A stretch of DNA of 64,000 nucleotides from NCBI GenBank assembly GCA_044226015.1, contig JBGAHS010000002.1, forward strand, positions 352,001 through 416,000, in the 5' to 3' direction. The position numbers and the translations under genes were made by a program. The notes beneath the pieces are model-generated. The model was not told the DNA's origin. It was given only the letters and a program-made list of their open reading frames with translations, and ran no database searches. This stretch comes from Candidatus Obscuribacteraceae bacterium (GTDB taxonomy: Bacteria > Cyanobacteriota > Vampirovibrionia > Obscuribacterales > Obscuribacteraceae). Position 1 is the first letter of the stretch; every line of letters begins with the position of its first letter. Positions 1 to 11,600 of the stretch are shown here, piece after piece.

Positions 1-30
1 AGCGGGGTGCTTGCGCTCAAACCATTGCAC

Positions 31-97
31 CTTTACGCTTTCTTGATAGCATCTTTTTGCGACTTTTATTCTGAAACGCCATAAAAAGAACTAGACT
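31..97 (+). promoter_or_regulatory. Putative KdpE/OmpR-type direct-repeat operator and -10 element upstream of the APC transporter
   Basis: CTTTAC (31), CTTGAT (42), CTTTTT (53) and CTTTTA (63) recur at 10-11 bp spacing, resembling T-rich KdpE boxes. TAGACT at 92-97 is a candidate -10. Confidence 0.4.
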
Positions 98-132
98 GAA
101 CTGATGAACGGTCTTCCTTAAGCAGAATTTTT

Positions 133-2037
133 ATGGCAACCGCAACCCGGCGAATTCGCCAGAAGCTAAGCTTGTGGTTTCTCGAAGGAATGAGAGAACC
201 AAGGCGAGAACAACCTAAAACACATCACAAGGCACATTGGTGGCAAGTGATGTGCTTGACTGGGGTCGATTATTTTTCGACTCTTGGTTATCAACCGGGT
301 ATTGCATTTTTGGCAGCAGGACTGCTTTCGCCTATAGCGACCATAATTTTGGTCTTGCTAACAATTTTTGGTGCACTTCCGATTTATTCACGAGTCGCCA
401 AAGAGAGTCCTCATGGACAGGGCTCTATATCAATGCTTGAGAATCTGCTCTCAGGCTGGTGGGGCAAAACAGTTATTCTCTGTTTACTTGGATTTGCCGC
501 AACTGACTTCATGATCACAATTACACTATCTGCCGCAGACGCTGCTGCGCACGTGGTAACAAATCCGTTCGTTCCAGCTTTCTTGCAAAACAGAATGACT
601 GTCACGCTAGTACTCATAACTTTGCTGGGAGCCATTTTTCTAAAGGGATTCAAGGAAGCGATTGGGGTCTCTGTATTCCTTGTTTCAACCTATTTGATAC
701 TGAATGCAGCAGTTCTATTTGCAGCAGGCACTGACATAAGCCAACATATGAGTCGCATTGATGACTGGTGGAGCAAATTGCTGATTCAAAAAGGCTCGGT
801 ATGGCAGATGGTCGCTGCTTCAGCGTTACTATTTCCAAAACTAGCTCTGGGTCTATCAGGCTTTGAAACTGGCGTCGCTGTTATGCCATTGGTAAAAGGC
901 GATGACACAGATACAGAGGAAACGCCGGTCGGCAGAGTCCGAAACACGAATTGGCTGCTTCGTACAGCCGCGCTTCTGATGAGCGGATTTTTGATTGCCA
1001 GCTCGTTTGCCACAACGATTCTTATTCCAGCAGCTGAGTTTGAGAAGGGAGGGAAAGCCGATGGACGCGCACTTTCTTTTCTCACGCATCAATACCTGGG
1101 CGACGGATGGGGCACCGTATATGATATCAGCTCAATTGCAATTTTGTGGTTTGCCGGCGCTTCTGCAATGGCAGGACTCCTGCAACTTGTACCAAGGTAT
1201 CTGCCACGCTTCGGCATGGCGCCTGATTGGGCAAAAGCAATTAGACCGCTTGTTTGCTTTTTCACGGTAGTAGCATACGCAATTACGTACATCTTCAATG
1301 CTGACGTTGATGCACAAGGAGGTGCTTATGCCACTGGAGTTCTCGTATTGATGACTTCGGCAGCTCTTGCCGTTACTCTAAGCGCGTGGAAAGAAGGAAT
1401 TCTTGCGCGTGTTGGATTCACAACGATTCTTGCGGTCTTCGCCTACACGCTTATCATCAACTGCTGGGAACGCCCAGACGGCTTAAAGATTGCGTCATTC
1501 TTCATCGGCACTATTTTGTGCACGTCACTTTTTTCGCGTTCAATCCGAGCCACAGAATTGCGCGTCACGAATGTAAGTCTAGATGATTCGGCAAAGCAGA
1601 TTTTGGCAGAACTCAAAGGCCAGGAAATTGCAATAGTAGCGCACCGCCCTGGCGGAACGGATTACAACTTCAAAGAACTTGAAGCTAGACGCACACATAG
1701 AATAACTGAACCGATGATCTTCCTTGAAATTTATCGGGGCGATGCCTCCGAGTTCACCGAGGAATTGCATGTGAGAGGACTGGTTAAGGGCGGCTACAAG
1801 GTGTTCCAATGCGAGAGCCCTGCAGTTCCCAATGCGATTGCGGCTCTTCTCTTGCATTTGAGAGACTCAACAGGACAATTGCCTCATGTCTATTTTGGAT
1901 GGACCGAAGGGCATCCCATCAGTTACGTGCTGAAGTACATATTTTTTGGCGAAGGCGAGACGGCTCCTCTGGCGCGGGAGGTTTTGCGGGCTTGCGAGCC
2001 CGACCCGATGCGCCGTCCACACGTGCACGTAGGCTGA
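133..2037 (+). CDS. APC-superfamily permease (amino acid transporter annotation; KimA/YdaO-like, possibly K+ uptake)
   Basis: 634 aa with about 11-12 hydrophobic helices and a soluble C-terminal domain. Motifs [33 protein letters not shown] and YATGVL. Confidence 0.8.
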   Translation: MATATRRIRQKLSLWFLEGMREPRREQPKTHHKAHWWQVMCLTGVDYFSTLGYQPGIAFLAAGLLSPIATIILVLLTIFGALPIYSRVAKESPHGQGSISMLENLLSGWWGKTVILCLLGFAATDFMITITLSAADAAAHVVTNPFVPAFLQNRMTVTLVLITLLGAIFLKGFKEAIGVSVFLVSTYLILNAAVLFAAGTDISQHMSRIDDWWSKLLIQKGSVWQMVAASALLFPKLALGLSGFETGVAVMPLVKGDDTDTEETPVGRVRNTNWLLRTAALLMSGFLIASSFATTILIPAAEFEKGGKADGRALSFLTHQYLGDGWGTVYDISSIAILWFAGASAMAGLLQLVPRYLPRFGMAPDWAKAIRPLVCFFTVVAYAITYIFNADVDAQGGAYATGVLVLMTSAALAVTLSAWKEGILARVGFTTILAVFAYTLIINCWERPDGLKIASFFIGTILCTSLFSRSIRATELRVTNVSLDDSAKQILAELKGQEIAIVAHRPGGTDYNFKELEARRTHRITEPMIFLEIYRGDASEFTEELHVRGLVKGGYKVFQCESPAVPNAIAALLLHLRDSTGQLPHVYFGWTEGHPISYVLKYIFFGEGETAPLAREVLRACEPDPMRRPHVHVG

Positions 2038-2066
2038 ACTTTCTATGGAGATGTAGTGAGCTGGTG

Positions 2067-2235
2067 GAAAATCTTCGCATCCTCGCCCGCAGATAAACCC
2101 TGGAACTCCACCGGTACCGATGTAGTTTCTTAGAAAATCTTCGCATCTTCGCCCGCAGATAAACCCTAGAACTCCACCGACCGTGTAGTTTCTTAGAAAA
2201 TCTTCGCATATTCGCCCGCAGATAAACCCTGGAAC
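2067..2235 (+). repeat. Tandem array (~2.6 copies) of ~66-bp palindrome-containing repeat, family A
   Basis: Unit gaaaatcttcgcatcctcgcccgcagataaaccctggaactccaccggtaccgatgtagtttctta starts at 2067, 2133 and 2196. Confidence 0.9.
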
Positions 2236-2649
2236 ACGCCCCTCAACATAACGAATACTAGACAGTTCCAATAAATGCGAACCAGGGTTCTCAATCGTCA
2301 CTGACAAAACAGATTCACCACTTCGAATACAAAACTCACCAACGCATTCATCGCCAACAGCTCTTCACTCGCAGAAGTACAAGAAGACAAACCATCATGT
2401 ACGGTTTTAAGTCACTAAAAGCTATGTTTTTCTCAGCTGAATCAACTCGCAGACAAACACACAGTAGCTCTAAACCCTGAGAGACTCATTCTGACATTAC
2501 TTTCCAAGTTTCCAGAATTTAGATTAATCACTATCTTTTGGTATTTCGCGAAACATAAACAAGCCCTGCCAATTTCACGTTTAGGCTATAATCCTTGAAC
2601 GGCCTACGGGTGTAGGCTTTCGTGTTGTGGCGATTGTGGGAATTAACAA

Positions 2650-5600
2650 ATGAAAAAGAGATTGAAAAAACGAATCAGCAAGCGCAAGACTATGTCTTTT
2701 GCGGCGTTGGTAACGTTAGTAAATAGTTTCCCAAATTGCGCACATGCTGAGCAAGGGGTGCCGCTCCAGCCTGTTCTTGTTTCCCTGACCACTAACACCA
2801 AAGCCCAATCAGGGGTAACGATTCAATCTAACACTGCGGTACTTGATGTTAGCAACACGCCCGTCACACGAATCAACGGCAATCTGACAAACCATGGCAC
2901 ATTGTATGTAGTGTCGACTAACCCCCAAGTTGATGTAGCGAAAATCATTGCCCAGAACATTTTCAACACACACGGAGCCACCATCACAACGGTACTTCCA
3001 ACTGGTGGAATTCAAGGCTTCGAAAGCGCCATACCAAATCTCAGCCTAACGCTGGCTGCGATCAGAAACATAGTAAACAATGGAATCATATCCAGCGCAG
3101 GCAATTTGAATCTGGTTGCTGGTGGCACAATAACAAACGCGCCATCCGCCTCTGCCACCCAAGCCAGCGCTGCGCTTCAAGCTACAAACAACATCAACAT
3201 TCTTGCTTCATCCATCATCAATCATGGGGTCATTGCATCTCAACTGGGAAATGTGGCGCTAGCCAACGCTTCCACTTACACAGCGACAGTTCAGCAGCTG
3301 GGACTGAGCAATATCTCTTCAATGCTGAGCAAAACCATCTCAATCAACAACAATGCAGGATTGATCTCTGCGCTGAACGGACAGGTTTGTGTTGGTTCAT
3401 CGAACTTGCTTGCCAAATCGACCCTCACCATGATTGGTGGCACAATCGATTCGCCCACGATCAATTTTGATTCTGGAAATGGTGCATTAAAGGCTTTCCT
3501 CAACAACGCAACGGGCACTGTAAACGTCGCTGGACTAAATGCACAATTCGGTACGACCTCACCAACATTAACCTTAGGGTCCTTAAACATCACCGGTGAC
3601 CCTACCTTCTTTAACACTGGCAACATCTCTATTATCAGCGACATTATAGTGCCAGAGAATCTTGCAATCATTGCTGGCGGCAACATAACTGCAGCATCAC
3701 CGGTGACAATTGCAACCACAGATGCAAATGGTCAGGGTCATGACGTATACATAGTTGCAGGCGCCGCCTTCACTCTAGCTGGAAATCCAACTCCTTCCAG
3801 TACATTGCTGACTGGTGGCACGCCGCTTACAAGTGCCCAGCGCGTCAATGTGATCGGAGCATCCGCCACCGGAGGCACTATTTCCTTAGGCAACTCTGTC
3901 ATTAATACAAGTTCGGGAGCTGGTGACAGAAATGGCGGAGCCATAACGCTCGTTGCGTATCCGCAGCAGGTTCTGAGCAACCCGCAAACCGGTGGCATAG
4001 AGAACGTTAACATCTTGACCGGCGGCTCAGGAAAAGGAAACAACGGAGCCATCAATGTCATTGCCGGTGGCAGCATCGGTGCTACGAACATCGCAATAAG
4101 ACAGGTTCAGGTGACGAACACTGGTGGCAGTGGACTGAAACCTGGAGCAATAAATTTCAACGCAGCACTTCCGCAGGGCAAACCATCTTTCAATGATCAC
4201 GGAATTGCATCCGCAACATTTTCACCAAGCATAACCCCGACACAGTACGACATATCAATCGACCGGATCTTAACAAATGACGGTGGTGCTATTAACGTAG
4301 TTACAGGCGGAAAAGTTACAAGCAGTTCCAAAATTGATTCCAGCGGAATTGTCTCCGGTCGCAACGGTGGAGACGTGACGATTTCCGGTGCACTAGTCAA
4401 TATAAGCGCACCAATCTATGCATCAGGAAGCGCGGGCATCCCTGGAACGAATTCCGCAGCCGGTATCGCTGGCGGTGCCGGACAAGATGGCGGCTCGGGT
4501 GGAAGAATCAGCATCACCGGAAACAATGGCATCACTATAGATGCAGACATCATCAGCAACGGCGGGGCCGGCGGCAAGGGTGGACAAGGCGGAGATGGAG
4601 CAAAAGTCAACCAGGCTGGTGCTATCGGCGGAGCCGGGGGACTGGGAGGTGGTGGCGGCAGCATCTCACTGGAAACAAAAGACGCAAGCATCACATTGAA
4701 TGCACTTGCGACCCTGAGCATGAATGGCGGACGCGGTGGCGATGGGGGCGACGGGGGACTGGGCGCGGCAGTCGTACCAGGGGGAGCCGGTACCGCCGGT
4801 GGTTCTGGCGGCGCAGCAGGACTCTCTGGTGACGGCGGCATGTTCCAATCGCTGAGTGGTAACGGCACGGTGAGCTTTTCTGGGACGATAACAGCTATCG
4901 GAGCCGCTGGTGCCATTGGCGGCGCTGGAAAAGACGGCAAAGGCGGCACCAAGGGTGGTGCAGGCGGCTCATCCGGCTCATCAAGTAACGGCGGCGATGG
5001 CGGAATGGTATCAATATCTTCAAACGCTGGCAACATAAATTTCGGAGTACTCGATTTTTCCGGTGGAGCAGGTGGAGATTCCAGCGCGGCAGGAGACGGC
5101 GGCGACGCAAATGGAGGCACGAGTTCATTCGGCGGCGACGGCGGTAGACTCTCCAGTGCGGGTAGCGGCGGCGATGGCGGAAGAATGAGCATCATCTCCA
5201 AAACCGGCGCTGTCAGCTTCCTTAACAATGTCGCTGCCGGCGGTGCGATTGGCGGAAGCATGTTAGGGCTATCCGGCAAAGGCGGGATAGGTAGCGGCAC
5301 AGGCGGGTTCGGCGGCGCGGTGCTCGACGCCGGCAGTGGCGGCTCGGGCGGGAGCCTCTTCGTCAAAACCGCTGGCACTGTCAGTACATCTGGTCTGCTG
5401 ACTTTCACTGGAGGTCAAGGTGGAGTCATTTCTGCAAGCGCTGGCGCAGGTGGCGACGGTCTCACAGGACGTGCTGGAGGCTCGCTCGGCAAAGCTGGCA
5501 GTGGCGGAAAGGGTGGCGACGTTTCACTAACCAGCTCTTCCAATTCAATAACAGTGGTTTCGACAATTGATAGCTCTGGGGGCAAAGCCGGAGATAGCGC

Positions 5601-8600
5601 TGGAACTAGCGGCGCGGGTGGCGCAGCAAAAACCGGATTCGCTGGCGGTGGCGGCAACATCGGAATGGGCGGCAGCGGCGGTAAAGGTGGCTCGATATCG
5701 CTGAGTTCAGCAGCCGTCATCACTGTAACTGGAGATTTGTTTGCGGTGGGAGGCTACGGAACAGTCCAATCTGGAGTAGCTGCTGCAGGTGGTGATAGCG
5801 CTGGTACTCAGAGTGGAGCCGGTGGTGATGGTGGCGATATAGCCAGCACAGGCGACGGCGGTGATGGTGGCAGAATAAGTCTTTCTGCTAAAGGCGATGT
5901 CATTATTACAAACATCAACGCAAGCGGCGGACATGGCGGCGACATGAATGGTGTCGCTGGAAACGCAGGCGACGGCAAGGTTGGCGGTGCAGGCGGAAGC
6001 GTCGGCAACAGCGGCAGTGGTGGCTCAAATGGTGCCGTCAGCATAACAACAAATAACTTGCTTCCACCAGGATTGATAAATGTCGACAACCATTACATTC
6101 AAGCAAATGGCGGCGACGCTGGAAATTACGAAGCAAAAGGCGGTAATGGAGGCAACGGAACGGCAGGCGTCGGGGGTGTTGGTGGCAGCCTCGGAAGCCA
6201 GGGCAAGGGCGGAGGCGGCGGCAACATCTACTTGTCGGGATATGACTTCAAACTGAACCCGGGCGGATTCATTCTTGCGCAAGGCGGAAACACACTGGGC
6301 TACGAACTCACAAAAGGAAGCTCAGGCAACGGGGGCAATGGTGGCGGCACTGGCAGCGCTAATGGTGGCAACGGCGGATTAGTTGGTTCAGCCGGAGATG
6401 GCGGCAGCGGAGGCATCATTCAACTCGACATCAAAAATACCATCTTTATAGACAACGGCGGCAACCAGTTCTTCGACTCCATCGGTGCCAGAGGTGGCGG
6501 TGTAGGCAACTTCAGCCCTCGAAGCGGCAAAGGCGGCAACGCAGGCAGCGGAAATGGAAATGGTGGAAATGGTGGCAATATAGGCGCAAATGGTAACGGC
6601 GGCGCAGGTGGTTCCATCACAATAAATGGAGACCAGGGCGACATTACGGGGACAACCGCATTTGGAACAATCGCCACCACCGGTGGTTATCTGTTTGGCA
6701 ACTACGCCCTTTCCGGAGCAGGTGGAAACGCAGGAAAGAAAGGCATTGGTGGAAAGAGTGGCAGCATAGCCAATAACGGAGATGCCGGCAAGGCGGGCGA
6801 TATTAAGATAAGCACCGGAGCAGGAAATATCAATTTGACACCACTGGTTGCAGTGGGCGGTGACATCCTTTTTGGCTACTCGCCGACGACAGGAGATGGT
6901 GGCACAGGCGGAAGCATCTCAGGAAACGGTGGAAACAGTGGTTCAATTGGAAACAACGGTAAAGGTGGCAAAGGTGGCAACATCACTGTAAGCACCAAGA
7001 CTGGTGACATCGGCACAGCTGGCAACGTAGGAGCATCGTTCCTCTCTCCGGGAGGACGCATCAGCACCCTGGAAAACTCCAGCCCAACAACCGGTCGGGG
7101 TGGTGATGCCATCGATGGCAACGGCGGCAGCAGCGGCAGCATCGGTACTAATGGAGCCGGTGGGGACGGCGGTTCAGTCACTCTTAAATCAGACAGCGGC
7201 AAAATCACACTAACAAAAGCAGGCACGATTGCCACTGGCGGTGACGGAGGTACCTTCCTCGCGCACACCGGTGATGGTGGCAACAGCACAACAGCTCGCG
7301 CAGGCAGCAGCGGAAACATTGACAAAAACAGCGGCGGTGGCAAAGGCGGACAAATCACCATAACCAGCAAAACAGGCGACGTTACGAATGCGGGAATACT
7401 TGTAGTACAGGGTGGAAGTGCCTACGGCAATCAGAGCGTCACTGGAAATGGTGGTATCTCATTGCAAGACACAGGCGGCACCAGCGGTAACATCGGACGA
7501 GGTGGAGACGGCGGCAATGGCGGCGACATCATTCTGTTTTCCGGCGGCAACATAAACAACCAGGAAGCTCTCATAGCAGCTGGCGGAAACGCAGCTTCAG
7601 AAACCTATAAGCCAATTACAGGGAACGGCGGTAATGGGGCTATTAAAGGTGGCAATTCCGGCTTCATAGATGCCGCAGGCAGCGCAGGCGGAGGGGGAAC
7701 TATAAAAGTTGTCTCCACTGGTTCCACAGCTTTGAACCTTGACCGGCTGCTGGTCGATGGTGGATTTTCCGGCTTTCTGACTCTGTTTACCCCCACAAAG
7801 GTAAACATGGAAGGGCAAACTGGCAAGGGCGGCAACGGTGCCGTCGGCGGTGACGCAGGGCGCGTTGGTGACGCCGCTACCGGCGGAAAAGCCGGAGAAA
7901 TAACACTTATAGTACAAACCTCTATCGACAAAGTGAGCTCATTAGGTGCAAGTGGTGGATTTGGCGGCGACCAAAAAGGCATCGGTGGTGAGGGTGGCAC
8001 TGGCACCAGAACTGGTGGCAAAGGAGGCGCTGTAGGAGGAGGCGGTGGTGGCGGCGGTGGCGGACTGATCACCGTAGAGTCCGCAGACGGACCATCAATA
8101 CAAATTCGCGACCTGGTCGCAACGGGCGGCGCTGGCGGCAATAATTCTGGCAAAGGCGGGCGCGGAGGAGATGCAACGGAAAGCACCGGCGCTGCTGGCG
8201 CAGGTGGCAAGGTCGACACAGCTGGAGACGGTGGCACCGGAGGCGAAGCTGACATTTCAATTCTGAATCTCATCGGACCCACAAGCATAACGGCCTACGC
8301 TGATTCAAAAACCGGAGCAGACGCATGGAACATGTCCGGCGGCTCCGGCGGCAAACAGACTGGTATTGGCGGCATTGGCGGCAACGGCATGGGCGGCATC
8401 ACAGGCACCAAGGATAGTGTCGGTGGAGCTGGCGGCATAGTAGAGCGCAGTGGTGGCGGTGGTGATGGCGGAACCCTCAAGGTGAGCCTGCCAGCGGGGT
8501 TACTCACAATTTTCGATGTGACAATAACCGGTGGAAACAGCGGTGAAAATAGCGGAAAAGGCGGCAACGGCGGATACGCAAGCGGGTTGAAAACCGGCGG

Positions 8601-11600
8601 CAAAGGCGGCGACGTAAACGGGCAGGGTCCAGCCGGCGCAGGTGGCACCTTCAAATTTAGCGGAGCAGACATCTTTATAGAGCCCAAAGAAACAACACCA
8701 CCAACCCTGACCGAAACCTTTAACCTGAATGGTGGCAACGCAGGCATCTACACCGCAGTATCAGGAAAGGGCGGAGCTGGCGGCGGCCCGGGAGGTGATG
8801 GTGGAAACATAAATGCTGGAGGTTTTGCTGGCATAGGCGGCACGTTCGAGATCAGTGCTTCAAACTCAGTAACGTTCCAAGATAGCACCATAAGCGTAAA
8901 TGGCGGAAATAGACTTTCAATTTCTGTCACAGCAGGAGATGGTGGCAATGGTGGACGCTCGAAGATCGCCGGCGCAGGCGGAGATGGTGGCGGCATCAAG
9001 TCTAATGGTGGCGCCGGAAAAGCTGGCTCAATCAGCATCAGCAGCCTTGAATCCGATGTGACAGCCAAAGGTAGTCCTGTTTTGCTGGCGAACGGGGGTG
9101 ACTCCAGTGCTGGAACCTTCACGAGTGGCAACGGCGGTACTGGATATCTGCTCGGACGAGGCGGCAACGGTGGTGACATCGCCGCCGGTCCAAGCGCCGC
9201 TGGAGAGGGAACGGTGAGTATTAGTGCCAAGGGCAATATTCAATTGCCGACAATCAATCTAATTGGCGGCTCGATAATATCCACTTTCGTTGCAACTAGC
9301 GGAAACGGTGGAACTGGCGGAACCCAGGAAGGCAATGGCGGCAATGGCGGACCCATCGCAAGTAACGGCGATGCTGGCAAAGGCGGAACACTAACTCTCA
9401 AAACCGGCGACGACAAATCCAAGGTGTCAGGCGACATCTTAATCACAGACATCAATGTCAATGGTGGCTCAGTTGGTGACATGCTAGTAATCAGTGGCAA
9501 TGGCGGAAACGCAGCAACTAAGCTTGGTCAGACATTTACTGGAGGACAGGGTGGCGTCATTCAGAATAACGGAAACGGTGGTGATGGCGGCTCAATTGGA
9601 ATAATAACCGCAGGCGCTGTTGCGGCGAGCGGAAACTGGACTGCTATTGGAGGCAACGTAGGAAACTTCAACGGAACCGGCGGCAACGGCGGAAGTGGAA
9701 CACCAGCAGTTGTGGACTCGAAGGACAGCGTTACACAAGGTGGCTCAGGTGGTGGCGCAGGCATTCTGGGCAAGAATGGTCTAGGCGGCAGCGGCGGTAG
9801 CGTTAAAATCGAAGCAAAATCCCTCGACATTAGCTTCACTAATGAGCTAAAAGCATATGGTGGAAACGTAGGAAACTACAAAGGAGTCAGCGGCAATGGC
9901 GGAGACGGCGGAGCTGGAGGTGGTGATGGAGGTTTGCTCGGCAGCGGCGGAACTGCTGGTTTCGGCGGTATCGTCGACATCTCGGCAGAGAACGGCGACA
10001 TCTCTACCGTATCAATTAATGTGAACGCAGGACTGATAGGAACTTATTCCGCCACAGCGGGCAATGCCGGCTACTCGCCACGCACCGGGGGAGTTGGCGG
10101 TTCAACCGGAGACGCCGGATCTGGAGCCGGTGGAGGCAAGGTCGTGCTCAGCACCCAAGGTGGTGCGGTGACTATCACTGGCAGCGTAACAGCCAACGGA
10201 TCTGCAGGAGCCGACAATTCAGCAAGCAACAAAGCATCAAACGGTTCAGATGGCTTGCTTAAAGGCGGAAATGGCGGCTCTACTGGATCTTCCGGTGACG
10301 GCGGCAGTGGCGGTAGAATAGAAGTAACGTCTAAGAACTCGTCTGTTTCCATAACTGGAGACCTGTTTGCCAACTCGGCTGCAGGTGGCAATCAAGCCGG
10401 AATCGCAGGCAAAGGCGGCAATGCATCTACAAAAATATCGAAACCTGACACTGGAATTGCTGGTTCTGGTGGAGCGGTGGCGATATCTGGTGCAGGCGGA
10501 CAAAACTCCCTTAAGGGAGTTCTGATAGGAATTGAGCTCACAAGCGGAACCACGCTTACAGTAGGCGGCGGCATTCAATCAAACGGAGCAAATGGCGGCG
10601 CAAACACAGGACACGCTGGCGATGGCGGCACAGCGCTGAGAGTTGGTGGTATAGGCGGGAACCTTGGTGGTACCGGCGCTGGTTCGAATGCTGGCGCAAT
10701 TAAGCTGACCGCACCAACAATTTCTGTAACTGGAAACATCTCCGGCAATGGTGGCTCAGGCGGCTCACAAGTCGGCGGTGTAGCCGGCAACGGAGGCAAC
10801 GCCACAGGTCCTGACGGCATCGGAGGAAATGGAGGCAAAGTCATCAGCACCGGCAGCGGTGGCAACGGCGCCACCATAGTAGTCACGGCCTCAGTCGACC
10901 CAGGATTGAAAGCTCAATCTAGCTTCGCGGCTGGACTCGTCGGAGCCCAGATACCTGGAACCATCGGAGGGCTGGGAGGAACTGGCGCAAAGCAAAATGG
11001 ATTAAACGGCGTCATTGAGAATTTCGGTAAGAATGGAACAAACGGCTCGTATACGTTCAATATCCTTACCTTAAATGAATGGAACACTGAAGACTCCAAC
11101 GAGCACGACTTGCGCAAGAGAAAGATGCGACCATCGCTGATTGCCATTGACAGTCGTAAACACTCGTATTCGGATTATGTGCAAATTCCTGACGAAACCG
11201 CATCCGAACTGAAGGAGATAGGCTTTGTCCAACTCGTGACACCGCCACCAGTATCAACCCTGCAAATGGTAGTCTCACAAAGAGATGGGTTAAATACACT
11301 TATCGAGACGGAGAGACTGTCACCGGAAGCAGCTCAAAAGCTTGCTGCCCACGGTGTTTCCATAGCAGTTGGATCTGGAGACGAAAGCTACGTTTTGAAA
11401 TATGGCAGCATCATGTTTGCTCCAACACATAACATAGTGGTAAGAACCAATGCAGGGAAATTCTCTATCGCTGGAGGCAGCAAGGTGATAGTCACTGCCA
11501 GCGATCACGAAACGATAGTGCGCAATCTGCATGACCGAAAAATTGGTGATGTCTGCGTCTTCAATGGCACAAGAAGAATCGCGATCGAATTGGGAATGCA

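Noticed and set aside
1867..2307. ORFs spanning repeat arrays (also 11935-12262, 21888-22178, 36065-36316, 56231-56663)
   Set aside because: They are open only because of the repeat periodicity, overlap real genes or lack an RBS, and show no protein-like features.
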